This document shows, piece after piece, positions 8,756 to 18,003 of a stretch of 64,000 bases of DNA (position 1 is its first letter; every line of letters begins with the position of its first letter). Position numbers and translations under genes: made by a program. The stretch is taken from contig DASUKB010000004.1 in NCBI GenBank assembly GCA_036278915.1, forward strand, positions 73,441-137,440, given 5' to 3'. This DNA is from Patescibacteria group bacterium. Its GTDB lineage: Bacteria; Patescibacteriota; Doudnabacteria; UBA920; O2-02-FULL-48-8. Below the pieces are notes generated by a model, which saw only the letters and a program-made list of their open reading frames with translations, made no database searches and was not told where the DNA came from.

Positions 8756-9244
8756 TTATTGCTTTTTGTCCTTAATTGCATTAAGTGCGTACATCAGACC
8801 TCTGACATTTCCAGAAAGCACATATACGAAATTCGTGAGCAACTGTTGTTTGGACGGGATTGATGCAAGTTTGTTTACCATATCCGCGCCAATAAATTCA
8901 TGATTAAAAATTCCACCGTCAAAAATTATCTGCGGATTATCTTTGGTCATCCCCTTCAAAATTCTTGCCGGCGCTGTCTCTTCTTCTGCGGAAATTGCCA
9001 CTGCTATAGGTCCCGAATATTTAAGTCCGTCGGTAGATATTCCAAGTGCGGTCAGGGCTTTTTTGAGCAGCGTAATTTTTACGACTTTATATTTAACATT
9101 CTCCTGTCGCAAAGCTTTGCGCAAGCGATCCAACGCCTTTACGGTCATGCCGCGGTATTCGGAAAAGACCACTCCGCGAGCATCCTTAAGATCTTCGGTG
9201 ATCTGTTGTAGTGTTGCTTCTTTTTCTTTTCTACTTGTTGCCAT
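8756..9244 (-). CDS. rplJ: 50S ribosomal protein L10
   Basis: EYRGMTV..L..LRK.L...YKVVK.TL...LASIPSK; upstream of rplL. Confidence 0.98.
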   Translation of the reverse strand: MATSRKEKEATLQQITEDLKDARGVVFSEYRGMTVKALDRLRKALRQENVKYKVVKITLLKKALTALGISTDGLKYSGPIAVAISAEEETAPARILKGMTKDNPQIIFDGGIFNHEFIGADMVNKLASIPSKQQLLTNFVYVLSGNVRGLMYALNAIKDKKQ

Positions 9245-9372
9245 AAAATTAGATTTAAGATTAAAGTTGTAAGATTTAAGTTGCTAACCCAAAATACAAG
9301 AGTTCGAAACTTAAATCTACCAACTTACAACTTCGAGCTAAATAAAAACTGTCTTTCCAAAGACAGTATCTG

Positions 9373-9419
9373 AGTTGATAAATCAACTAACTACATCGTA
9401 GTCAGCCGATTTATCGGCT
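9373..9419. repeat. Pair of GTAG-family REP-like hairpins in inverted orientation
   Basis: GTAGTTAGTTGATTTATCAACT on the minus strand and GTAGTCAGCCGATTTATCGGCT on the plus strand. Confidence 0.7.
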
Positions 9420-9460
9420 CTGCTCCTGCTTAGCAGATTAAGGCATTTGATTCCTTCCCT

Positions 9461-9505
9461 TTAGAACTCCCCTCGCCCGTTCGCGGGAGAGGGCTGGGGG
9501 TGAGG
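9461..9505. repeat. CCCTCTCCC/GGGAGAGGG palindromic element, copy 1
   Basis: TTAGAACTCCCCTCGCCCGTTCGCGGGAGAGGGCTGGGGGTGAGG; related copies at 14105-14150 (inverted) and 59605-59649. Confidence 0.85.
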
Positions 9506-9599
9506 TTGCCAGCTAAGGTCTTTGGAAATATTTAGTTCTCACGCAGTATATAGGAATTTTGAAAGCAAGTCAAGATCAATCGTAAGCAACGCCTAACCT

Positions 9600-10049
9600 T
9601 TAATTTAGCTTACTTTTAATGGCTTTTTCAATAAGCCAGGAGCTTGATTGTATCTTTCCGCCAGCGCCTACATTAAATACCATTTTACAACCAATCCGTT
9701 TGCAAACTTCTGATTCAGGAACGTTGTTTGCGTCCCTGTCGCCACCATTAGCAAAAACGTCAGGTCTCAAATAAGCAAGCTCAACCGACACACTCATGTC
9801 CGATACATCTGGCTTGTGCATAGATAAAAACACTTCATCAACATATCGGATTGATTCAATTATTTCCTTGCGTTCATTTTCTGGCATGAAAACAAAATTC
9901 TTTTTCTTCATCAGCCAGTTGTCGTTATTTAAAATTACAATAAGTTTATCGCCGAGTTCCTTCGCTTCTTTAAATAGCCGTACGTGACCAGAATGAACAG
10001 GGTCAAAACCCCCAGAGACTACCACAACAGTTTCCTTTTTTTCTTTCAT
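9600..10049 (-). CDS. Cytidylyltransferase-family protein (TagD/RfaE-like)
   Basis: SGGFDPVHSGH HxGH motif, FANGGDR, QSSS. Confidence 0.9.
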   Translation of the reverse strand: MKEKKETVVVVSGGFDPVHSGHVRLFKEAKELGDKLIVILNNDNWLMKKKNFVFMPENERKEIIESIRYVDEVFLSMHKPDVSDMSVSVELAYLRPDVFANGGDRDANNVPESEVCKRIGCKMVFNVGAGGKIQSSSWLIEKAIKSKLN

Positions 10050-10053
10050 AAAT

Positions 10054-11136
10054 TTATTTCAAATATTTTTGTTTATTCGCATTTTGCTCAGCAAGTGTCT
10101 TTGCAAAATAAGCGGTACCGTCTGGCGCGTTCAAAAAATATAAATAGTCGGATTGCGCCGGGTAGATGGCGGCCATAATAGAATCCAACCCAGGATTTGA
10201 AATCGGTCCGGGCGGCAAACCCGTGACTTGGTACGTGTTGTAGGGAGATTTGATTTTTGTGTCTTCGAGCGACACGGAAGGCGTGGATTTGCCAGTGATG
10301 TAATTGACAGTGGCGTCGGATTCCAGCGGCATGCCGATAGCAAGTCGGTTGTAGAAAACCGAAGCGACCAGTTCCCTCTCCTGGTGCATCGCGGCCTGGT
10401 CGTCGGTGGTAATCACAGTTTTGTTTCGGCCCACTTCTTTTTCTATAATTGATGCCAGCACAACCACATCGCCCAGACTGCGGTGCTGCTCTTCCATATC
10501 GCTGCGCATCTGCGCTGTAATCTTGGAGTCAAAGTTGGAAAGCATTTTTTGGACGAGGTCCTGTGCTGTCGTGTCTTTGGAAACAAGGTAAGTGTCTGGA
10601 AACAAAAATCCTTGGTAATTAAAATTTTGAGCTGTTGTCGAATCCGAAAAATTATAACCTGAGGAGTCGAGCGCGGTTTCAAAGTCTTCGGCGGACACAA
10701 CATTTAACTTTTCCAGATCTGAGGCAATCTGCCCGTTGGTCTTGCCTTCCACTACAGTGACCTTGCGCTCGGTGGATACGACCTTGCCGACCGTGAGAAC
10801 GTCGACGATCTGTACAACATTCATATCACGATCTAAAGCATAATTTCCAGCCTGGATCTTATCGGAGGCGTGCCGCAATTTGGTATAAAAAACGAACGAC
10901 CAATATGAGCCGATAACTTTTTCGTCACGGAGTTTATGCGCAATTGCGTATGTGCTTTCTCCCGGGTTGATGACTATATCGACCGGAACCGATACCGAGG
11001 ATGCGGCCTGGTTGATTTTCGTATAAAAATAAGCCCCCAGAGTAAGGAGCACGACTAATCCGAGCGAAATAATGAGGCTGATTATTTTGAACCAGCTGCG
11101 CCTGGGTTGGTCGATGAAAAATTCATGGTTTGACAT
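10054..11136 (-). CDS. mltG: Endolytic transglycosylase MltG
   Basis: GFLFPDTY, LASIIEKE, VFYNRL..GMPLESDAT, SPYNTY..GLPPGPISNPG, YLYF. Confidence 0.97.
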   Translation of the reverse strand: MSNHEFFIDQPRRSWFKIISLIISLGLVVLLTLGAYFYTKINQAASSVSVPVDIVINPGESTYAIAHKLRDEKVIGSYWSFVFYTKLRHASDKIQAGNYALDRDMNVVQIVDVLTVGKVVSTERKVTVVEGKTNGQIASDLEKLNVVSAEDFETALDSSGYNFSDSTTAQNFNYQGFLFPDTYLVSKDTTAQDLVQKMLSNFDSKITAQMRSDMEEQHRSLGDVVVLASIIEKEVGRNKTVITTDDQAAMHQERELVASVFYNRLAIGMPLESDATVNYITGKSTPSVSLEDTKIKSPYNTYQVTGLPPGPISNPGLDSIMAAIYPAQSDYLYFLNAPDGTAYFAKTLAEQNANKQKYLK

Positions 11137-11185
11137 ACTGACATTATGCCAAAATTAAACCCTGCAATCAATGAGCTGCCGAGAC

Positions 11186-11214
11186 TTGCCAAGTTGGCTG
11201 AAATTTGCTATAAT
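11186..11214 (+). promoter_or_regulatory. Sigma70 promoter of the CAP-protein gene
   Basis: TTGCCA-17 nt-TATAAT with extended TG. Confidence 0.7.
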
Positions 11215-11324
11215 ATGTATGTAAGTTAAAATTTTCCGAAACAAAATCAAAATTTAGGAAAACAAATCAAATAGAGAGCAATCGGTTCTTTATTTTTCTT
11301 TTGTTTTTACTCGCAAACACAAAA

Positions 11325-11801
11325 ATGTTCACGAAATTAAAATTTGGCATCCTTTTGGGTGCGATACTTCTGAGCACGGGGCTTGCCCGCCCGTTTTCTT
11401 CGTTATCCATGAACCAGATTATGAGCATGGTCAATGCAGATCGGGTAAGTCAAGGTTTGCCGCGGCTTGATCTGGACCCAACTCTAAATCTGGCGGCTCT
11501 GGCCAAGGCTGATGATATGATAACCAACCATTACTTTGCGCATACTTCCCCGGACGGAGTTGCCCCTTGGTACTGGATCAAAAACGTCGGCTATAATTAC
11601 TCCTATGCCGGTGAAAATCTGGCACTCGGCTTCCAGGACGCATCAGATCTTATGAACTCCTGGATGAACAGCCCAGACCACAGAGCTAATATTCTTTCCC
11701 CTAACTACCAAGACATGGGACTGGCCGTTATCCAATCCTCCGATTCAACTTTGGTTGTGCAGATGTTCGGCTCGGTAAACCATCTCTCGTTGAACAAATA
11801 G
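11325..11801 (+). CDS. CAP/SCP domain secreted protein
   Basis: N..R...GL..L, AA..KA.DM...YFAHTSP, AGENLA, WMNSP.HRANIL, VVQMFG. Confidence 0.93.
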   Translation: MFTKLKFGILLGAILLSTGLARPFSSLSMNQIMSMVNADRVSQGLPRLDLDPTLNLAALAKADDMITNHYFAHTSPDGVAPWYWIKNVGYNYSYAGENLALGFQDASDLMNSWMNSPDHRANILSPNYQDMGLAVIQSSDSTLVVQMFGSVNHLSLNK

Positions 11802-11915
11802 ATTTTACCTTACGACACACAACTCCAGTCGCTGACCGGAGTTTTTATTTTTGCCAAAATCAGGGTTGACAAAGCCTGCGTTTACTGCTAGACTCGAAGG
11901 CTTCCCGCAACGCAT

Positions 11916-12581
11916 ATGGATAAAGTTTTAACCCTTATTGCTGTGACGTTCATATACTCGTACGAAGAGCTCAAGGCCTTGTTTTTAAACCTGGTCTACA
12001 AATTTTTTAGAAACAAAAAATATTATTATTCACGCTCAGACAAAATTATATCGGACGCGGTCCTTTTGGCGGCAGTGCCGATTGCCATGACCTGGTATTT
12101 ACGAGGAGCGGCTGGGTTAGAAAAAAACTTACTCGTGCTGCTGCTTCAATTGTCCGCCATCTTTGCGGTGCTAAGTGTTTTGCGATTCGTTGTAAAAAAT
12201 TTTCGCATACCAGAACCAGTTATTACTTACGCTCAATCAATTATGACTTTGGGCGCGGCAACAGGTAAACTCGTTGCGCAACCGGCGCGCATGTTGCAGC
12301 TTGACTCGGCTGAACGTTTAAAATTTTTCTCCAAATTCATTTTCGCCATTGTCATGTCAACTCTCGCGGTGCTTTTGCTTGAACGACTTATAAAAATTTA
12401 TGTGCCCGCAAATTTATCGAACGAGTACGCTCTGCTTTTGCTCGTTTTGGCAGCCGCGCTTTTTCTGCAAAGCGCAATCCCCCATCTTGAAAATATTCTG
12501 TTCCATCCGAAAATAAAATTCTCCGGCTACTTACGCATCATCGCCGGCATCTTGCTTGCTGCATACCTTGTGGTGAAATAA
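11916..12581 (+). CDS. Polytopic membrane protein, possibly a degenerate UppP/BacA-like protein
   Basis: Several TM segments; C-terminal FSGYLRIIAGILL resembles the BacA end (F..YRI..G); no catalytic motifs seen. Confidence 0.55.
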   Translation: MDKVLTLIAVTFIYSYEELKALFLNLVYKFFRNKKYYYSRSDKIISDAVLLAAVPIAMTWYLRGAAGLEKNLLVLLLQLSAIFAVLSVLRFVVKNFRIPEPVITYAQSIMTLGAATGKLVAQPARMLQLDSAERLKFFSKFIFAIVMSTLAVLLLERLIKIYVPANLSNEYALLLLVLAAALFLQSAIPHLENILFHPKIKFSGYLRIIAGILLAAYLVVK

Positions 12582-12610
12582 ACCCAGCCCCTCCTGAGGG
12601 GCTGGGTTTT
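12580..12610. terminator. Intrinsic terminator
   Basis: AACCCAGCCCCTC-CT-GAGGGGCTGGGTTTTT. Confidence 0.85.
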
Positions 12611-12672
12611 TGAAATTTATCTTGCGGGAAAACGGTTAAACCAAAAATTTATTTTCCTACAAGGTCAATTGA

Positions 12673-13356
12673 CTACTTGATGCGGATGTCGCGTTCGATC
12701 TTATCGAGCGCGCGCGATGCATGCTCGCGTCCGCCGAGACCGAATGCCAAACCTCCGGCGATTGCCAACATGGCTATGATGCCGGTAAACAATGTCTGGA
12801 CAAATGCAGTGGCCACGTTCAGCTGGGCCAAAGTTGCCAGGATTGTAAAGATCATGATGGCCCACTGGGTGACGGTGCCAAGCAGGTCAGCCGAAGCAAG
12901 CCCCGCGGCCTGCACTGAGTGCTTGACCAGCCGGGACAGAAATCCAGCGACCATAGTGCCGACCAGCATAATTGCGGCAGCAGCGATGACGTTCGGGATA
13001 TAGAGCAAAACCTGGTTTAAGAAATCCGAAACCTGGTTTAAGCCTAGGATGTTTGCCGCGGCCAAAAAGATAGCCACGAGCAAAAACCACTTGACCAGCC
13101 AAGCAATAGCGCCTGAGATGGACATTTTAACGCCGGTTCGGGCAGAAACCTGGTCCAAACCGAGCTTGTCTCCAACTTCGTCCACGTGGACAGCATGCAA
13201 AGCCTGCTTTATAAGCTTGGCAATTGCTACAGCCACAATCCATCCAACCACCAAAACAATGACCGCAACCAGGAAGTTGGGAAGGAAATTGACGAAACGG
13301 GCATAGACATCCTGCAGAGACGCCTGCACTGGCGAAAGATAATTAGTGTTATTCAT
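12673..13356 (-). CDS. TM-helix repeat protein (CmpX/MscS-associated family)
   Basis: Two repeats FLPN..A...L.VG..VA and YIPN..AA..I...G..VA; ends GLAFGLGGRE.A. Confidence 0.88.
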   Translation of the reverse strand: MNNTNYLSPVQASLQDVYARFVNFLPNFLVAVIVLVVGWIVAVAIAKLIKQALHAVHVDEVGDKLGLDQVSARTGVKMSISGAIAWLVKWFLLVAIFLAAANILGLNQVSDFLNQVLLYIPNVIAAAAIMLVGTMVAGFLSRLVKHSVQAAGLASADLLGTVTQWAIMIFTILATLAQLNVATAFVQTLFTGIIAMLAIAGGLAFGLGGREHASRALDKIERDIRIK

Positions 13357-13466
13357 AGTTACACCCCCAATTCATTACTTATCATTCGACCTTTGGTTAA
13401 TTTTTCCAATTACTTGGAAATAAAGCAAAAAATCTCACAACTGCGGCAGAATATCCGAAACGAACG

Positions 13467-13554
13467 AAAAAGCCACAACCCCAAAGTCTGGGTTAGTGGC
13501 TCCTATGCATAATCTTGTTGTCGTGTTTAAGTTCCATTCAGAATTTTCTCTTGC
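13467..13554 (-). ncRNA. Candidate small RNA or leader of about 85-90 nt
   Basis: TTGACA-17-CATAAT promoter at 13561-13589 and a terminator hairpin at 13467-13501 with no long ORF between. Confidence 0.45.
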
Positions 13555-13590
13555 GTTTGCATTATGACACACGTCATTTTAACTGTCAAG

Positions 13591-14034
13591 CTAATATGTC
13601 CGTTTACGCATGGAATCAAGTCCGAAAATTCGTCCCGCGTTGAACGCCGAAAGCAATAAAAATCCCAAACCATAAATTATATGCTCATCAACTATATATG
13701 AGCTTGAGTCAGAAGTTAAGTGTGGGAAATTAAGCACCGGGAAATAATATAAAAGCATCAGGAGTGCCGCTGCGCGAGCCGACCATTTGACCCACAGCCC
13801 CAGTATAAGCGACACGCCAATCGCTATCTGGCCCCAAACATTGAGAAAATCCACAACCTTAAGCGTCCTGGCGCTAGCCAGTGCATGGTAAAACCCTGCA
13901 AAAGTAGAAGCGTGGTTAAGATACGAAGCCGCAGAAAACGCCGTCGGGGCCATAAGTTTGCTCCAACCAGCATAGAACATAAGCCAGCCCAAACCCAGGC
14001 GAAGCAGAAGCAAAAGGAATTTTTTGTAAGTCAT
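13591..14034 (-). CDS. DoxX family membrane protein
   Basis: LRLGLGWLMFYAGWSK...IG.SLILGL...VDEHIIY...AGRIFGLD. Confidence 0.9.
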   Translation of the reverse strand: MTYKKFLLLLLRLGLGWLMFYAGWSKLMAPTAFSAASYLNHASTFAGFYHALASARTLKVVDFLNVWGQIAIGVSLILGLWVKWSARAAALLMLLYYFPVLNFPHLTSDSSSYIVDEHIIYGLGFLLLSAFNAGRIFGLDSMRKRTY

Positions 14035-14104
14035 TTTGTTTCAATAAGTTTACCGCACGGCTTCATTATACCCCCAACCCCTGCTTTTGAACATCCCGCT
14101 CTTT

Positions 14105-14150
14105 CCCCTCACCCTCTTTTCCCTCTCCCAAAGGGAGGGGGAAGTTCCAA
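14105..14150. repeat. CCCTCTCCC palindromic element, copy 2 (inverted)
   Basis: Reverse complement TTGGAACTTCCCCCTCCCTTTGGGAGAGGG...GGGTGAGG aligns to 9461 and 59605. Confidence 0.8.
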
Positions 14151-14168
14151 TCTGTAGACGAACCAAAC

Positions 14169-14199
14169 AAAAACCGCCCCGTATTGTTGGGGCGGATTT
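14169..14199 (-). terminator. Terminator of the HU gene
   Basis: CCGCCCC...GGGGCGG hairpin with a T tract on the minus strand. Confidence 0.8.
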
Positions 14200-14210
14200 G
14201 GTTTCTGAAA

Positions 14211-14495
14211 TTACAGGATTGAGTCTTTGGCAGCTTTGGCAACGCGGAACTTTACAACAGTCTTGGCAGGGATTTTGATCTGCTCGCCAGTGGCTGGGTT
14301 GCGTCCCATGCGGGCTTCGCGGTGCTTTTTGAGGAGCTTGCCGAGTCCTGGGATCGTGAATTCTCCGCTCTTTTTTGCCTCATCGTAGGCAAGATTGACG
14401 AGGGCGTCGATCAGTTCGGCGATTTCTTTGCGTGATTTACCGGTCTTTTCGGCAACCGCGTTAAGCACCTCGGATTTGGTCATTCCTTTGGCCAT
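14211..14495 (-). CDS. hup: DNA-binding protein HU
   Basis: MTKSE...R.ARMGRNPATGEQIKIPAK.VVKF. Confidence 0.97.
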   Translation of the reverse strand: MAKGMTKSEVLNAVAEKTGKSRKEIAELIDALVNLAYDEAKKSGEFTIPGLGKLLKKHREARMGRNPATGEQIKIPAKTVVKFRVAKAAKDSIL

Positions 14496-14706
14496 AATTG
14501 GTCCTTTTTGTCCCCAAAATCGTATGTTTTTGGGAAAACCTTAAGAATTATTAACAATCTATGAGATAGTATAGCAAAACCTTAAGGATTACGCCAGTTT
14601 CGTCAAGAGCGGTTTGGAATTTACTTGGGTTTTTACATATTTGCTGTTTGACACTTAGGCAATTCAAACCTACAGTACTTAAGCAAATCGCCCAAGGAGG
14701 ACAGCA

Positions 14707-15177
14707 ATGCGCACGCTAGCGCTAACGCTTTTTGTGTGTTTGGCACTTACCGCACCGATTCAGTCCGTGCCGCCGCAGACCAACTGGCCAGTGGCAGAAG
14801 TGGATTCCGCAGCGGCCATCAATCTCACGCAGGAGTTGCAGAAAGCCAAAAACCTCGATGACCCGGGTTGGATGATCTACTGGTGGAGCCGTGCCACAAG
14901 TGGCGCGCTCAATGATCAGGAACGCCAAACTCTTACCATCCTGGCAAATCGTCAGGCAACTCGGTCCATGTTTGGGCCAGATACAACCCTGTATCTGACG
15001 CTGTTTGCCGGCCAAATTCTGATCACGGATGACGCCCAGAAAGCATTGCTACAAAACCAACTCCAGCAAGCGCGTGAAATTTCCGAGCTGCGGGAAATGG
15101 TAAATAAGCTTTGTGCCCAACTAAAAACAGCGCAGGCCGAATGCGCCAAGAACAAAAACCACGTGGAGTCTCCATGA
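14707..15177 (+). CDS. Hypothetical exported protein with C-terminal coiled coil
   Basis: AAGGAGG SD, signal-like N-terminus, TTGACA promoter upstream. Confidence 0.7.
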   Translation: MRTLALTLFVCLALTAPIQSVPPQTNWPVAEVDSAAAINLTQELQKAKNLDDPGWMIYWWSRATSGALNDQERQTLTILANRQATRSMFGPDTTLYLTLFAGQILITDDAQKALLQNQLQQAREISELREMVNKLCAQLKTAQAECAKNKNHVESP

Positions 15178-15190
15178 CCCGCGTGGTTTT

Positions 15191-16699
15191 TTAGACATAC
15201 CCTGGAAAAAAATCGGTCTTAATTCTTCGTCCGGCAACACCCATGCCTGACAAAAGATCTTTGGTTGATGTAACCATATTCTGCGTGCCGGAAATGTAAA
15301 AAGTACGCTCTTTATAATCCGGCACATGGCGCACAATTTTGTCAGCATCCAGCCGGCCGCGCTCCCCTGCCCAATCTGCCGGCACATCGCCGGTAAGCGT
15401 GTACACGGTTTTGATTCCCAATTTCTCCGAAGCTTCATCCAAAACATCACGGTAGACTATTTCGTCGGCATTGCGATTTGAAAAAAACAAAATTGCTGGG
15501 CGCTTTTCGTTTTTGTCCAGCAAATATTTGAGCATGCTGCGGTACGGAGTAATGCCTATGCCGCCCGCTATGAACACAAGTTTTTTGCTGGGATCCGAAG
15601 GAAGCGTAAAATCCCCTGCTAGCTGGCCGGCAAAGAGTTTGGAGCCTGGCGGTAAATCCTGCAAGGTCTTTTTGAAACTGGACGACTTGTCGTAAAATTT
15701 CACCCCCAAACGGAGATTGTCCTCTGTGGGCGACGAAGCGATTGTAAAATACCGACGGTTTCCGCGCAGGTCGGCTTTATGCCGGATGGTCCATTCCAAA
15801 TACTGGCCGGGACGGAATTTAAATTTCAGCGGTTCAAATACAAATTCCCAAACGTTACCGGACAGTTCACGCTTTTGCGCCAGAGTCAGCTGCAATCTTT
15901 CTTTGGAACCCACTGCGTACGAATAGACATTGCCGAATACAAGCGCCAATTCCGGAGTCATATAAAAATTGCCGAAATGCGTAAAGGGCGAAGCCAACAC
16001 GCCCACGATAATACCGTAAATAATCTGCAGGCGCTGTGTGGGAGGTGTAGTTGCCGGTTCGGTAAACATGACAGTGGCAAAAAACACAAGCGGCGAATAA
16101 ACTACCAAAGCCTTAAGCACCGGCCCGATTGCTGCGCCTTCATACAAACTAAAGGCTAAGGTCGTGAGGATTGTAACGGCCAAGAATGTGTAAACCATAT
16201 TCCAGCGGCGAGTTTTCCGCACAAACAGCACTCCCATAATGATAACCGGAATAACCATCCAGACATTGCCCACCCACCAGCTGGCACCCATACCCAACAG
16301 ATAAAAAGTTGCGACCACCGCCAGAGCCGCAGGATTGAAAATGTGCCGCCGCCTATAAGCAATCAGATATTTGGAACCCATAGCAATGAGACTGGCCCAA
16401 AACAAGAATAAAAATCCCGCCTGGTCCGCGGCCGGCGAGATAATCAATGCCAAAATCATGGCTGTGATGTAGGGCGATTCGACATTGGCCGGTACGCGGA
16501 AAATCCACGCGAATAATTTATTCAAGACCCAGTTTGAGGCAATCAAAAACTCAATCGTGTACACAAGGTCCGAGGCATGGAACGGCAATTTGCCGGCAAG
16601 ACTCACCCCGTAAGCCCAAAAAAGCAAAACGACGAGTGAGTACATCACCAGCTTGTACATCGTGATTCGATTGAGAAATTTGTCCAAAGTCTTAAACAT
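15191..16699 (-). CDS. RnfD/NqrB-like membrane domain fused to an FNR-type FAD/NAD(P)H oxidoreductase
   Basis: SKY....RHIFNPAA and MFTEPATTP (RnfD-like); FRPGQY, RYFTIASSP, FIAGGIGITP (FNR); start at MFKT 16699. Confidence 0.92.
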   Translation of the reverse strand: MFKTLDKFLNRITMYKLVMYSLVVLLFWAYGVSLAGKLPFHASDLVYTIEFLIASNWVLNKLFAWIFRVPANVESPYITAMILALIISPAADQAGFLFLFWASLIAMGSKYLIAYRRRHIFNPAALAVVATFYLLGMGASWWVGNVWMVIPVIIMGVLFVRKTRRWNMVYTFLAVTILTTLAFSLYEGAAIGPVLKALVVYSPLVFFATVMFTEPATTPPTQRLQIIYGIIVGVLASPFTHFGNFYMTPELALVFGNVYSYAVGSKERLQLTLAQKRELSGNVWEFVFEPLKFKFRPGQYLEWTIRHKADLRGNRRYFTIASSPTEDNLRLGVKFYDKSSSFKKTLQDLPPGSKLFAGQLAGDFTLPSDPSKKLVFIAGGIGITPYRSMLKYLLDKNEKRPAILFFSNRNADEIVYRDVLDEASEKLGIKTVYTLTGDVPADWAGERGRLDADKIVRHVPDYKERTFYISGTQNMVTSTKDLLSGMGVAGRRIKTDFFPGYV

Positions 16700-16767
16700 A
16701 AAGCAATCATAGCAAAAACAATTTGCGTCCGCTAGTCTCAATTTTTAAATTCACATATAATAATCCT

Positions 16768-18003
16768 ATGACCAAACTTGGAAAATTAATTATCGGGATT
16801 ATTATCCTCGGGCTTATAGTTACAGGCTGGTTTTGGCTGAAAGCCAATAACCAACCTCCCGAACAATCCAATGCGCTCCAAACTTCAACACCTCCAACCG
16901 AGACCACACATTCGATGACGCAAACAGCTCTTGCCCTACCTGGCGGTAAAACCATAATTCTCATGCATCCGGACGACTACACGATTTCTGTGGCAGCCAT
17001 GGGATTTGCCCGAGCGCGCTTTATGGCCAAAAGCCCAGACGGCCGATTATTTGTCGGGGAAATGTACAATGCCTCGGACACAACGCGCGGCCGCGTGCTC
17101 GTACTAAGTAATTTTGGTAGCGCTACAAATTCGTTTAAAACCACGAACATTTATTTGGCGAACCTGCGCAATCCAAACAGCGTGAATTTTTACACAGACT
17201 CAAACAACCAGACTTGGATTTATATCGCGCTCACGGATAAACTGATCCGCTACAAATATTCTGCCGGCGACATCGCGCCTGAGGGCGCACCCGAAACTGT
17301 GGCTACATTCCCAGACACCGGCAATACCGTGGCCGAAGGCGGCTGGCACATCACGCGCACAGTTATATTCCACAACGACAAACTCTATGTCTCGGTGGGC
17401 AGCTCTTGCAACTCCTGCGAAGAGAAAACTTCGGAACCGGATCGCGCGTCTATTTTGGTTATGAACCCGGACGGCACAAATCAGCAAATTTATGCCAATG
17501 GCCTTCGCAACGCCGTGGGCATAGAATTTGTGGGCGACCAGCTTTACGCCACCGAAAACAATGCCGACCAGCTGGGAAATGACCGGCCCAATGACGAGCT
17601 GTATAAAATTGCGCAAGGTACAAATTATGGCTGGCCGTACTGCTACCAATTCAATGGACAAATCCTGCCAGATAATTCGCAAAGCTGGAAAAATAATTTT
17701 GACTGCGGAAATGTTCCACTGGCGTTTGCCGCACTAGAACCACACTCGGCTCCTCTGGGCTTTGAATACTTCGACGGCCATTTTCTGGTGGCCGAACATG
17801 GCTCCGGACAGAAAACAATCGGCAATGGCTACAAGGTAGTCTCCGTTTCTTCAAACGGGCAAGTTTCCGATTTCCTCACTGGTTTCCTCACGAATGGAAC
17901 GGTTGTGGGCCGGCCGGTGGATGTATACAAAAACGATGACAAATCATTCTTTGTCACCGATGATTACAATGGCGTTATTTACTATATGCAAAAAACCGAT
18001 TAG
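16768..18003 (+). CDS. Glucose/sorbosone dehydrogenase-family beta-propeller, membrane anchored
   Basis: H.TR, LYVSVGSSCNSC.E, GLRNAVG, YGWPYC, HSAPLG, GRPVDV, DDYNG.IY. Confidence 0.9.
   Translation: MTKLGKLIIGIIILGLIVTGWFWLKANNQPPEQSNALQTSTPPTETTHSMTQTALALPGGKTIILMHPDDYTISVAAMGFARARFMAKSPDGRLFVGEMYNASDTTRGRVLVLSNFGSATNSFKTTNIYLANLRNPNSVNFYTDSNNQTWIYIALTDKLIRYKYSAGDIAPEGAPETVATFPDTGNTVAEGGWHITRTVIFHNDKLYVSVGSSCNSCEEKTSEPDRASILVMNPDGTNQQIYANGLRNAVGIEFVGDQLYATENNADQLGNDRPNDELYKIAQGTNYGWPYCYQFNGQILPDNSQSWKNNFDCGNVPLAFAALEPHSAPLGFEYFDGHFLVAEHGSGQKTIGNGYKVVSVSSNGQVSDFLTGFLTNGTVVGRPVDVYKNDDKSFFVTDDYNGVIYYMQKTD

Larger units (their letters stand above)
9343..9527 (-). promoter_or_regulatory. Probable L10 leader (attenuator) carrying palindromic insertions
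   Basis: CCAAAGAC near the 5' end can pair with GTCTTTGG, which alternatively forms the terminator CTGTCTTTGGAAAGACAGTTTTT upstream of rplJ. Confidence 0.7.
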
